The notes under the pieces are model-generated. The model had not been told where the DNA came from. It did not search any database and saw nothing but the letters and a program-made list of their open reading frames with translations. A DNA stretch of 60,000 nt from the NCBI GenBank assembly GCA_038087875.1, contig CM075987.1, forward strand, positions 18,354,001 to 18,414,000, written 5' to 3'. A program made the position numbers and the translations under genes. Below, piece by piece: positions 1-11,285 of the stretch. Positions within the stretch are counted from its first letter, which is position 1. Each line of letters begins with the position of its first letter. The stretch comes from Malacoraja senta. Lineage: Eukaryota.

Positions 1-185
1 GCAATTATAAATACACTTCAAAAGAGTCAGTAGTGAATGAAAATCAATCAAATTCAGCATTTGAGTGAATGTATGTCATCAAAACTATTTTGGTAGATTT
101 TTATCACCGTAATGTTCATCTATCTTATTTTAGATCATGAAATGAACATCCAATATGAATTTAAATTATTGTAAGAATTTGTTTG

Positions 186-501
186 GGTGGCGCAACTGGT
201 AGAGTTGTTGCCTCACAGCACCAGAGACCAAGGTTCCTTCCTGACCCCGGGTGTTGTCTGTGTGGAGTTCACAAGTTCTCCCCGTGACTGCATGGATTTC
301 ATCTGGGTACTCCAGTTTCCACCCACATCCCAAAGACACGCGGCTTTGCAGACTAATTAGCCGTGGTAAGTTGTCCCTAGTGTGGAGGGAACGGATGCGA
401 AAGTGGGATAACATAGAACGAGTGTGAACGGATGATCGATGGTTGGCGTGGACTTGTTGGGATGAAGGACCTTTTTTTCCATGTTTTATCCCTAAACTAA
501 A
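186..501 (+). mobile_element. tRNA-derived SINE (HE1/V-SINE-like)
   Basis: tRNA-like head, central tgtgtggagttcacaagttctccccgtg V-domain, CR1-like tail ending ctaaactaaa. Confidence 0.8.
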
Positions 502-581
502 CCATATGGAAATGAATTTGTGGGTTACCCAGATAGAATAAAAGGCTAACATAGTAAGTAGCTGTCTTCCTTGCTTTCTAA

Positions 582-670
582 ATCAGTCTGAAGAAGGGTC
601 CCTTCACGATGTCAACTATCCATGTTCTCCAGAAATGCTGCCTGACTCACTGAGTTCCTCCAGCACATTT
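582..670 (+). mobile_element. Penelope-like element (PLE) terminal fragment
   Basis: cagtctgaagaagggtc...atgctgcctgac...gagttcctccagca, homologous to 14115-14245. Confidence 0.7.
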
Positions 671-694
671 TACCTTTTCCATTTTTTTCTGCAG

Positions 695-933
695 GTATGG
701 TGTCTGCCTGATAGGTGCAAAGAAAGAGGACAACAAGAGCATCTTGCTCAACCCTGGACCTCGGTACATCATGGCCAGTTCAGACATCTGCTTCTACATC
801 AATATCACAAAAGAAGAAAACTCTGCATTCATTTTCAAAGAGGAAGAGAAACAAAAGCGACAATGCCTGACTTCAGGGGGCATCTTCAGTGGACCTTCCA
901 GGCTACCTGTCCACAGCATCATTGCCAGTATGG
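695..933 (+). CDS. KCNT1: KCNT1 exon, 239 nt: (K)[79 protein letters not shown](G)
   Basis: Acceptor ttttttctgcag|G, donor ATGG|gtgagt. Peptide matches the Slo2 RCK1 end. Confidence 0.96.
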
Positions 934-1769
934 GTGAGTGAAATAACTTAAATACATACACTCAATCTCAGCATTATTTTCTACCTTGAAAATCCTTATG
1001 TCTGTGTCAAGGCCCATAAAGAAGGATTTCATAAGGACTGGACGCATGAGAGAGAATAAAAAGTAGACCAAGATGTTATGGCTGAGTGGTGTGAAGTGTG
1101 TGGAGTTTTATATGTAAAAGCATATATAGATCTGATGAAAGCTCCCGACCAAAACATCGCCTGTCCATTCGCCCCAAAGATGCTACCTGATCCACTGTTC
1201 TTCCAGCATTTTGATTTTTCTCTCAAGATTCTAGCACCTGGAGTTTGTAATTAACAAACATCTCATTTGGTTCTTTGGGGTTTGACTTTGGATGTGAGCA
1301 GAACAAACATGGCCACTTCCAATTGCCTATCATTTTAATTGCTTCCATGTACTGCATTGTCACAATGAATGCAAATACTGAATGTTGAAGAGTCATTTTC
1401 TCCAGATACCATTAACAATATGGGCAGCCATTAAAACAAATTATAAAAGATCTATAGAGACAAAAGATTGACGCTGGAATAAGGAGAAAAAATAAAAATG
1501 TGTGGGAGAATCTCAGTGGGCCAGAGAGCATCTATGGAGGCAAACAACCAAATTATTTTGACTCCTAATTATTTGCTAACATCTTGATAAATGGAGGTTG
1601 ACAAAATACTCTATAGTGTGTTGGTTCCTTCCATGGAAAAATAATCAGTAAACGTGAATCATTTGCTCATGCCCCCAAGCCCCATAGGGTTGTTCTGAAG
1701 CTCAGGGAGCCCATGCCCTGTTTAAATTACTTTCCCTGTTTCCACCCTGGCCTATCCCAGCATACCCCA

Positions 1770-1900
1770 GAGTCTGAAGAAGGGTCCCAACCTGAAACGT
1801 TGCCTGTCCATTCCCTTCAAAGATGCTGCCTGACCCACTGAGTTCCTCCAGCAACTTTGTGTTTTGCTCAAGATTCCATCATCTGCAGTTCCCCGTGTCC
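1770..1900 (+). mobile_element. PLE terminal fragment
   Basis: agtctgaagaagggtcccaacctgaaacgttgcc...catctgcagttcc. Confidence 0.75.
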
Positions 1901-2857
1901 CCAGCATAAACCCTTCTTGATTTCCACTTCGCATTTTTCCATTCTCTTGCCTTGAAATTTGACTAATTTGTTCCTTCCCAATTTAACAGTGCAGAACGTT
2001 TCTCCTGGGGTGGGAATGCTGTGATAGGCTGCATTTTAATGTCTCTTAAATCATGATAACACTTTCCTAAAGCAAGGATGTCCTAATGTTGCAGTTATTA
2101 TTGCAACTTCCAATTTAGCATTACCAAACCAAAAATGCTTAAAGGCCAATTTCTTGGCAACAATCTCCCAGGAGACGGGAGAAAAAGGGGTTTATTGGGC
2201 TAGTTCAAGAGGCAAATCTGCAAAATTCATGTCCAATCCCTGAAGGATGTTAAAATGTGCCACCAATGATTAAGGTGGCCTTGAAGACTTTAACCTGTAG
2301 TCCCACCAAACTACGGGAGCTAATCCACAGCCAGAATTAATTGTATTCGGTGAAATAATGTGTATCAAAATTACACAAAATGTATTTTTGGTGTTTGTCC
2401 TGGAATGTTTATGTGAAGGTCAATTATATAGAGCTAGTGCTTATCCAGAGGTTGCGTTGATTTGGACAAGAAGAAAGAAGCTCAAGTATCGAACGAGGTT
2501 ATTTCAATCTCAATATGTGACACTTCCCAAAAGGTTTTCAAATGTTGGAGTTGCCAATCCCACATTGAATGAAGTTGTGGTATTTAACTGTCAGTAATAA
2601 TAATGACAGAATAGTTGTCTTCAAAATCGGTCCCGATCCAAAGATGCGACACCTTCTGATCTCACTTTACCAACAAACCAATACTTGACCCTGCGTTTCT
2701 GCTTGCAACATCACACATGATTGACATTGGTATCTAGCCACTTGTACAGGAGCAGATGTCTACTTGGTCTTGCCCAATTATAGAGTGAGAATCCCATGGC
2801 ACAGTAAAAGATGTTGCAGCCCACCATGGCCATACTGGCCATCAAATGTCCAGCTAT

Positions 2858-3060
2858 CAGGGGTTCCCAACCTTTTTCGTCCCGTTTACCCCTGGCAACT
2901 TTAATAGCACTTAACAATGTTATTTCACTTATTTATGAACAACTAATGATGAACAGATACCAGAACCTTACACAGTCAGTCAATGAGAAAAAATATGTAC
3001 AAATCCAGAATCAACAAATTTACCCCCGGAGGTAAATTTACCCCAGGTTGGGAACCCTTG
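2858..3060. mobile_element. hAT-like MITE
   Basis: TIRs CAGGGGTTCCCAACCT / AGGTTGGGAACCCTTG, with AGCTAT repeated on both flanks. Confidence 0.8.
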
Positions 3061-3726
3061 AGCTATACTAATGCTACACGATGCCATGGCAATTCAAGAT
3101 ACCTTCTAAATGTTTTGAGAGTACCTGCCTCCACCATCTGCTCGTTGCAGTCCAGATTCCAACCGCACTCTGGGTGAGTTATTTCTTCAGATTCCCTCTG
3201 ATCCTATTACTCCCATCAAGGTGCCGTCTGGGTTTAGAAATTCAATGGTTCAATCGTTTAGTGATACTTTATTGTCGCATGCACCTAGATACAGTGCAAA
3301 TTATTTGTTTTGCATACAATTCAGTATAATCTTACTATACATAAGCACAATCATACCTCAGGATTAGACTGCAACGATTGTAGTGTAGGAATAGCAGATT
3401 ACACTGGAAGAGTGCATGAGTTGCCACGTTTCTGGTGCCATCTTGTATCTCATCAAGCTTCATAGTCCTTAAAATTGTCCTGTCTTGGCCACAAAGGCCC
3501 GTTGTCCTGGTGACGACACAGGGTAAGGAGTTGCAGTGGTTGGCCTGGCCGGGCGACGTGGTCAAGGTCCTCCACCAATCCGAGCTGTTGCAGGCCGCAT
3601 CCGATCAACCTGCTCGTCCGACCTCTGTGGGTCCTCCAGCGGGTCCTGATCCATGCGATCCCCCCGGCTGCTGCAGGGCCTCCAGCGGCCCACACCACTC
3701 GGCGTTGGGGCGAAGAGTTTCCCACA

Positions 3727-4090
3727 ATCCATCCTAACTCTGCCCCTCGTAATCTTGTACGTGAATGCTACAATGAATGGTATCAGGAAACCCTCAGTCT
3801 CCTCCAGCCCAAGGAAAATAACCTGTCCGATCTGTTCTCGCAATTGCCATGTCCCATCCATGGTAAATCTGCTCTGCACTCTCTCCAATTAAATCACATC
3901 TTTCCATTGGTGCAATGACCAGAACTGCACACAGTCCTCCAGATGTGGCCTAATTCAAGTTTTTCTAAGTTATGCCATCATCTTCACGCTCTTATATTCT
4001 AGGTCTTGGCTCATAAAGGCAGCATTCCCATAAGGTTTCTTCTTCATCTCTCTACCTGTGCTGCTGCCTTTAGAGATCTATAAACCTCTA
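3727..4090 (-). mobile_element. Degenerate CR1 LINE ORF2 fragment
   Basis: Reverse strand encodes an ERVQSRFT-type CR1 C-terminal motif; accagaactgcacacagt matches the CR1 YCVQFW region. Confidence 0.65.
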
Positions 4091-4311
4091 CACCAAATAT
4101 GTTCAATGGTCTATAACCACGTTCCAGCCATAGAGTGAGTTATGTTAACTTAGAAAAGTTGTTCAGTGACAATTATTTTCATCTTATTCCAACCATGGAC
4201 CAAAAAGCGGTGTTACCTGAGCTGCTGCCCTTGACATCAAAGTGGCATTGAGGAGTTCTGATAAAACTGAATTCAATGGCTATTAAGGGGAAAAAAATCC
4301 AATGGTTGGAG

Positions 4312-4502
4312 TCACAAGGAGCTGCAGATGCTGGAATGTTTAGCAAAACAACCAAGTGCTGGAAGCACTCACTGGGTTAGGTAGCATCAGTGGAGGGAAA
4401 TGGACAGATGACATTTTGGGTCGTGACCCTTCTTCAGACATCGTCTGGCCATTTCCTTCCACAGATGGTGCCTGACCTGCTGACTTCTCCCAGCATGTGT
4501 TT
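4312..4502. mobile_element. PLE terminus with inverted duplication, nested in an old LINE RT remnant (about 4180-5000)
   Basis: Minus copy running to cttcttcagac, followed by a plus copy starting just after the hammerhead core. Confidence 0.7.
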
Positions 4503-5137
4503 ATTCACATAAAGTGCGGTGTTGAAATTCAATCATCATTCCCCAGCAAAGCAATGTCACCAGTGTCCTAGGTCACCTTCAGCTGGTTTGTCAGTGACTT
4601 TCCTTCCATCATAAGGACAGGAGAAGTATACTAGCTGATCCTTGCATCATGATTTTATTTTGGCAAAATAATCAATCTATACCTGCATACAGTAATAATT
4701 ATGCAGCATTCAGGCATGGACTGATAAGTGGTAAGTAACAATTGTGCTAGGCAATGCTATTCTCTAACAAGAGAGAATCTAATTAACTACCCATGATGTT
4801 CAATGGTGTGACCATTGTCGAGACCCTCATCACCAGGATCCTGGTGTCACTGTTGACTAGAAATTCATTTGGCTAGTCACATGAATGCTATGGCCAGGAG
4901 CAGGTCAGAGACTAGTATTTTGTGGCAAATGACTCATCAGACACCCCGTCTACAAGCATATGACAGGAGTGCGTTGGAATACTATTTGTTTGCTTTTAAT
5001 GAGTGTGTCTGAAACAATTTTCAATATACCTACTGGATTAGAGGATTTTAGTTGTATTTGCGATCTTCTTGAACCATTCTCGTAGAAGTGAAAGCACTAA
5101 CATTTTTCATTCAGAATGGATTTTTAGCCATTTATTG

Positions 5138-5390
5138 AGCATAGAACAGTAACTCGCAGGACCAGGCCCTTTGGCCCACAATGTTCATGCCAAACATAAT
5201 GCCAAGATAAATTAATCGTATCTGCCTGCATCTGATCCTCATCTCTCCATTCCCTGCATATCCATGTGTCTATCCATAAGCTCTTAAACCCCACTGTTAT
5301 ATCTGGCTCCACCATTACCACTGGCAGCATGTTCCAGGCATCCATCCACATTGCTGGGCACATCTCCTTTAAATTTTGCCCTGGCCTCAC
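5138..5390 (-). mobile_element. CR1/HER1-like 3' tail fragment
   Basis: catagaacagta...caggccctttggcccacaatg...catatccatgtgtctat. Same family as 12250-12610, 16350-16668, 29185-29418, 35975-36270, 37625-38043, 41730-41905 and 49310-49995. Confidence 0.75.
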
Positions 5391-7286
5391 TGTAATATTA
5401 CACAGTGAGTGTTAGTTTCTTGCAAGATGACGTCTTGACAAAAGCCCTTAAAAATTATCAAGACATTAGGTTGGACGCTGTCTTCTGCATGCAAGCATAG
5501 TTTCTTTTGCTGGCCTCAAAGAAAGATGCACATAAGGATCAGAGAACCCTGGGGTCTTCCAATTTTCTGGTATTAATTTTGGCATCAGCTTTACCATATT
5601 TCTTGCATTCGGCAATAATGATTTAATTAAGCATATGCCTTGAAGAATGTGCAGAAAGTGAAATGTCTCTAATTTATGAGCTAACTTTGTAAACGTTTTA
5701 CAGAGTACACAAAGATTGGAACCGTTGAATGAGATTGAGATAGGAACTGTGATCTCTTAACTTTAATAACATTTTAAAATTTGAAATAGCATGTAATTTG
5801 GGTATGAGTATCCAAAGTAAATGAAGTTGATATGGAATTAATTTTCCAGTGTCTAGAGGCTTTCGACAGTAACTACATCATCAAAGATTGATTGATAAGG
5901 TGAATCATACTGACCCTTATTCAGTGGAATTTAATTTTGTCATGATTTTGTATTGAGGATGTTATTAAAACATTGAAATAACATTTGAAAAAGATATATT
6001 GATTGCACTGGTATGGAAAAGCAGGTTTCACTGACAGGACCTCCTACACTTAAGTATCTCTGGAAGCTTGAGAAATTACTTCCAGTTTTGCAAAATGCCA
6101 ACGGACTTTAAGAGTATAATTGTCATTATATCTGCAAAACTTGGGTCATTGATGAGAGAAATGGAAGCCACAACACAAATGTTAATCATCAAGTATTTCA
6201 CTCAATCATTTATTTTAAGAACTGAGGGGAAAAATCCAAGTGTTCTGAGACTGGTGTACTCATGTTCGTCTGAAATAGTTGTATGTTATGTCAGAGAAAT
6301 TGTCATACAGTTTGGGAATTGTGGCCTCACTTGGTTTATCCTCGTATCTTTAGTCCTGATTTCAGCCACAGCCTCTGCATCAGGGAACCAAAACAATTTT
6401 GTATGGGTGCAACAAGTTGTGTCCTAGTACAACGTAGCTGGAGTAATATTTTGACAAAGACTTGGCTGCAAAGTACTTACAACAAAGAAATAATAAATAA
6501 AAGAAAGATTGTGGCTAATTCAAAAGCCACATCTTACTGAATGGCATAATATCATTTAGGATACAAGCTTAGAACTTCATTAATAAAGTTAATTATAAAA
6601 TAATGCATGATTTGAACTGCCATTGTATAATCTGGTTATTGACACTGGGTTTATATCTATGGTAATAGTGTTTTTATCACAATGAGCACTACTTTTTATA
6701 AAAACAATTATCCACCTTTATTAAAGAAAAGTTCTTATTAATTGTTTTGTGCTGCATTTTTGTCACTTTTGATTTGGTATATAAAGATTGTGCACTTCCA
6801 GCAAATTTCCTATTCACTGAAGCTGAAAAGAACTCAACTTTGATGCTTTATCAATTAACATTGATTAAGAGTTTTATACATTAATACAAAGCTTTTAATA
6901 CTGTTACTTTTTTTCTTTTTCCTCATTATTCTTTCTTGATTCTTTTTATTTAAGTTTTGTTTAATTGGTGCAACTCCAGTTCCATAACTTTATTATTAAT
7001 TTAAAACAAAGATGTGCAGCATCTCCGCTGAACTGTCTACATCCTGGGTACACCTTTCCATCAATGATCTTTGAATGAGTGCCAAACTATTGGCGATTTG
7101 TCAAACAAGCCTGAAGATTGACATGGTCATTCCACTGTCATGCCTAAATCTACTTTTTAATGTAATGTTCCAAATGCAAAAGTAAGGCAGGACTTCTCCT
7201 TTGAGGTGTTGCGATGTTGATGGAGTTTGCGTTGACTGTTCCCTTTCTGTTACTGCTTTCTTCTCCTTTGTATGTGTGACGTGAAG

Positions 7287-7307
7287 TTAACCAATCCACA
7301 GCCTATG
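7287..7307 (+). CDS. KCNT1: Candidate 21-nt alternative microexon, inserting VNQSTAY between ASM and GTVAMDLQ
   Basis: Pyrimidine tract then gtgaag|TTAACCAATCCACAGCCTATG|gtaagt. Phase 1/1 and stop-free. TGCATG at 7316 and 7463, YCAY cluster just downstream. Confidence 0.55.
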
Positions 7308-8639
7308 GTAAGTAATGCATGCACATCCTGCCATCATACATCAACTCACCTGAAAGGGTTTTGAGTCCTGTCTGATTTTTGTTTTTCGTAAGCTTCATTG
7401 CAATTTGTTCTGCTTTAGCCATGGTAAGGATTATTGTTTAAATTGTGCAGTTCCAATTGCAGTGCATGTAATGTTATTGGATGGATATGCATTATTTGAT
7501 ACACCTCATGAAATGCCAAATAATTAGTTTAGAAGCATAATCTAATAACAGTAATCTTTGAATACCAAAGGCAAATGTTGGAAATGTGCAGCAATCTGGA
7601 TGACACCTTAAGGAAACAATAGGTTGGCACTTGAATATTGTCATCAGACCTGGTTCTGCTGAAACAGTCTTATTTTAACCAGATGCTGACTGGCCTTTTA
7701 CATTTTTTCCTCTGATTTCCAACATTTGCAGTCTTCCTTTATGTGTCAACGTTATTACTCATTTGCATTAAGTTCATGTTTTCAGGTGCTTTTTCCCCTT
7801 CATCTCTTGAATTGATTTCACTTGAGTTTTTGTGTGACTCTTCATTGTTATAAACCAATGCAGAGGCTAATGTGAGCAAAACACAAAGTACTGCAGGAAC
7901 TCAGAAAGTCGGGCGGCATCTGAGGAGGGAAAGAGCAGGCAATGATTTGGGTCCAAACGTCGTCTACCCAACGATGCTGCCTAACCCGCTGTGTTCCTCC
8001 AGCACTTTGTGTTTAGCTCAAGATTCCAGCAGCTGCTGTTCCCTGTGCCTCTAGAAGCAAACATCATTACTGGGTGGTGGGTTTACTGTGTGTTATACAG
8101 AGTAATCATGATACAAGGCTTTATGGGGGATGTATAGCCCGGGCTGTTTCCACCCCAGCATGTGGCTGAGTGGACTGCATTCCCTCCTGGATTTTTCTGG
8201 AATTTTCAGAAATTGCAGGACCTGAACACCAGTGAAATCATCTTCCGCGAGAAAGTCTTTGGAGATTTTTTTAATAAAAGTTTTTTAATCTGTTGATTAA
8301 TAATTTTAGAAAGATTGGAGATTGGAAAAAATAAATAATCACCTGGTGAATATATCCAACCAGATATAATTGTTGACTGCAGAGAATTAGCAATGGATTG
8401 GTCAGCTGTAAAAACATGGTTATGAATGGAATTTAACCAGGTGCAGCCTGAGGCCTCTAGTGAAGGGGAAACAAGGCATGATAGATAATCCACTGTAAAC
8501 TGTACGATGTTGAGAGGTGGAGAGGGCAGTTCTGTAGGAAAATAAAACAAATTGGTGGACATAAAGACATAAAGTAAAAGTGATGGAGTCTTGCTGGAAC
8601 TGTATTAAACACATGTTAGGCCAAAGGATACAAAGGACA

Positions 8640-9445
8640 TTTATTATCACATACACCAATTGGTGTAGTGAAATTTGACTTGCCATTGCAGCACACAGAT
8701 AAAGATAAGACACAACATTAAAGAATGTAACAATAAACATAAAAACATCCCCCCCACAATGGTTCCCACTGTGAGGGAAGGCACAAAGTCCAGTCCCCAT
8801 CCCCATGTTCACCCATAGTCGGGCCTATTGAGGTCTCCGCAGTCGCTGCTACGGGGGCCGATGTTACAGGCCCTTCTTCGCCGGGTGATGGTGCTCCGGC
8901 GTCGGGAGAATCCTCTCAGCGGCTTGGGACACCTGGAGCGGCCGCATCCTTACTGGAGACCGCGGCTGCCGAAGCCAACAGGCCGCGCTGGATGGAGCTT
9001 CACCACTGGCGATCTCGGCGAGAGATCCCAGGCTCCCGGTGTAAAGTTCAGCACCGCTGCCAGCGGCTGGCCGCTCCACAGTCCCGCAGCTCCGCAATGT
9101 AGCATCGGCGGTCTTCAGCTCACCGGAGTTCCAGCGCGGCGACCCGGGCAAGGCATCGTCCGCTCCGCTCCGCGATAGCGCTCCAGCGCTGCGCCGCCAC
9201 CGAAGCCGAGGTTCTTGGCGGTCCCCTCAGGAAACGCCGCTCCAGGCCCGCTGGTAGGCCGCGAGGATGGGTCGGAGAGAAAAGCCGCCTCTCCGACCAG
9301 GTAGGGACCCTGAAAAGTAGTTTCCCCCTTCCCCCTCCCCACCCCCCACATAAAAAGACTAGAACTCCGAAAACAAAAACTCAACTAACTAAAAATAAAA
9401 AAAAGACAGAAAAAACGGACAGCTGCAGGCTGGGCAGCCATACCT
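8640..9445 (-). mobile_element. CpG-rich non-autonomous retroposon with Rex1/Babar-like 3' tail (variant 1)
   Basis: Minus-strand tail ...tgtgataataa; shares ordered terminal blocks with 18765-19425 and 47665-48450. Confidence 0.6.
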
Positions 9446-9644
9446 GTACAGGACGGCGCCCCCTCCCCCTAGGAGGAGTAGTGTGTGTAATCCTGGTCAC
9501 CACCAATTATGCCAATAATTTGGGACCATACATTTAAAGTAATTAATGGGATTAGAGGGAATTCAGAAGCAATAATTTCACCCAGAACATATGAAGGTTC
9601 CGATTAGAATTTGGTTTAGTTGATGGGAGTCTGGACTGTGAAAT

Positions 9645-9830
9645 TACAAAGCTGGAGGAACTCAAAGGCAGCATCTGTGGAAGGAAATGGGCAGATGACG
9701 TTTCAGGTCGAGACAGTTCTTCAAAATGGTGTCTGTCCATTTTCTTCCACAGATGCTGCCTGACCCGTTGAGTTCCTCCAGCAGTTTGCATCTTGCTCAG
9801 GCTTCCAGCATCTACAATTTCCTGTGTCTA
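9645..9830. mobile_element. PLE terminus with inverted duplication (similar copies at 7873-8050, 10690-10900, 18185-18430, 40855-41060)
   Basis: gctggaggaactca...ggcagcatctgtgg...gacgtttc followed by its reverse complement. Confidence 0.7.
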
Positions 9831-11198
9831 CATTGGACTTTGCAATCGGTTCCTGAGTATATCTATCCTTATATTGCAGCATTTAACTGGAAGAAGGTAG
9901 TGAACTTCTTCCATTTTAAGACATCTTATCTCCATGCAATGCTTACTGATGGATATGAATAGTGTTGAGCATTCAGTCAGCGCATCAATTCAGCACAGTA
10001 ACAAAATGGTTGAAGCACTGACTGATCAGGAGATCTGGTGCTCACCACCAGAGAGACTAGGACAGCAGGTGACCATGCAGTCTGCTTTGTAAACCTCTCA
10101 GTTAAAACCTGGGACACGAGGGAAAGTGACATTAATGCAGATTGCACCAGAGGCAGAAGGAAACAGATAGTTAAGAGATATTTTAGTAACTGTAATGTTC
10201 CTTGTAGTGTTGCATGGAGAGTTTGGTGCTAAATCAGTTGCTTTACTGCCAAGTGAACACTGAGTTAGATAGGACGCTGGGCCCTGATTAAAAAGTTTGT
10301 AGATTATATAAAATTTGGCCTTGCAATTTGTAGTGTGGGAAACAAGCTCTATAGGGCAGGCAAATATCAATGCACTAGTCAGGTGGCTAGGAAAGTGATG
10401 AATACCTTTGGAGAGGACAAACAAGGCAAGGAAATAGAAAAAGCAAGACAAGGCACAGAAAAAGACACAAAGTTCTGGACTAATTCAGCAGATCAGGCAG
10501 TATCTCTGGAGGACATGGATAGGTGACGTTTCAGGTCGGGACCCCTTGAGTCAGTACTGATGCAAAACGTTGCCTATTCGTGTTTAGAGATTAAAGATGC
10601 AGGCCATCCAAGGTTCAATGGCATTATTTATGGCCTTGAGTTCTCTGAATATAACATTCACGGAAATGGGTTCATGCTGTTCCAATGGAGACACAAGAGA
10701 CTGCAGATGCTAAAATCCTGAGTAAAAAAACAAAGTGCAGGAGCAGCTCAGTGGTTCAGGCAGCATCTGCCCATTGTCCATTTCCCTCCGCAGTTAATCT
10801 CAGTTATCATCCATAATGAGTCCTGGAAATGTGTCCATCGTCTGTCCAATTCCTTCCGCAGATGCTGCTAGGCTCGCTGAGTTCCCCCAGCACTTTGTTC
10901 AAGGCTTTACACTGCCAACTTTTTATTTGCAGAGATGGGGTTTGACAAAGGAATACCCAAATGAACAAATATCTATATGTTATGACTGAAAGTGGACAGG
11001 ACAAGGCAGTTTTTCTTTTAAATCATTATGCATGATATAAATCTACAGAGTAGCTGTCAAAATAAACTTAGTTTAATTCTGCCATTTGATGCGGTACTTC
11101 ACTGCTAAGGCCGTTGAGCTTGTGTGCCTATAACTTCCATAGATTGTACGGCATTGCTGTTTAGTGAGATTAGAAGAGTGGAACTTCTTACCATCTGA

Positions 11199-11285
11199 TT
11201 GATGCTGAATCTGTTATTGATGATGAATTGATGCTGAATCTGTTATTGATGCTGAATTGATGCTGAATCTGTTATTGATGATGAA
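11199..11285. repeat. 29-bp tandem repeat x3
   Basis: ttgatgctgaatctgttattgatg(a/c)tgaa repeated three times. Confidence 0.9.

Noticed and set aside
6068..6540. 119-aa and 85-aa intronic ORFs
   Set aside because: No recognisable domain or splice context; expected by chance.
7012..7047. Possible small exon upstream of the microexon candidate
   Set aside because: The available AG/GT pairs give either an in-frame stop or a frameshift, and the donor is weak.
9047..9067. RE1/NRSE-like TTCAGCACCgcTGCCAGCGGC
   Set aside because: The right half-site has three mismatches including the GGACAG core, and it is inside a repeat.
8828..9384. GC-rich ORFs or a putative CpG-island promoter
   Set aside because: They lie inside a dispersed retroposon; the open frames reflect high GC content.
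11199..11285. CRISPR-like periodicity (also 43676-43745)
   Set aside because: Head-to-tail tandem repeats without unique spacers, in a vertebrate intron.
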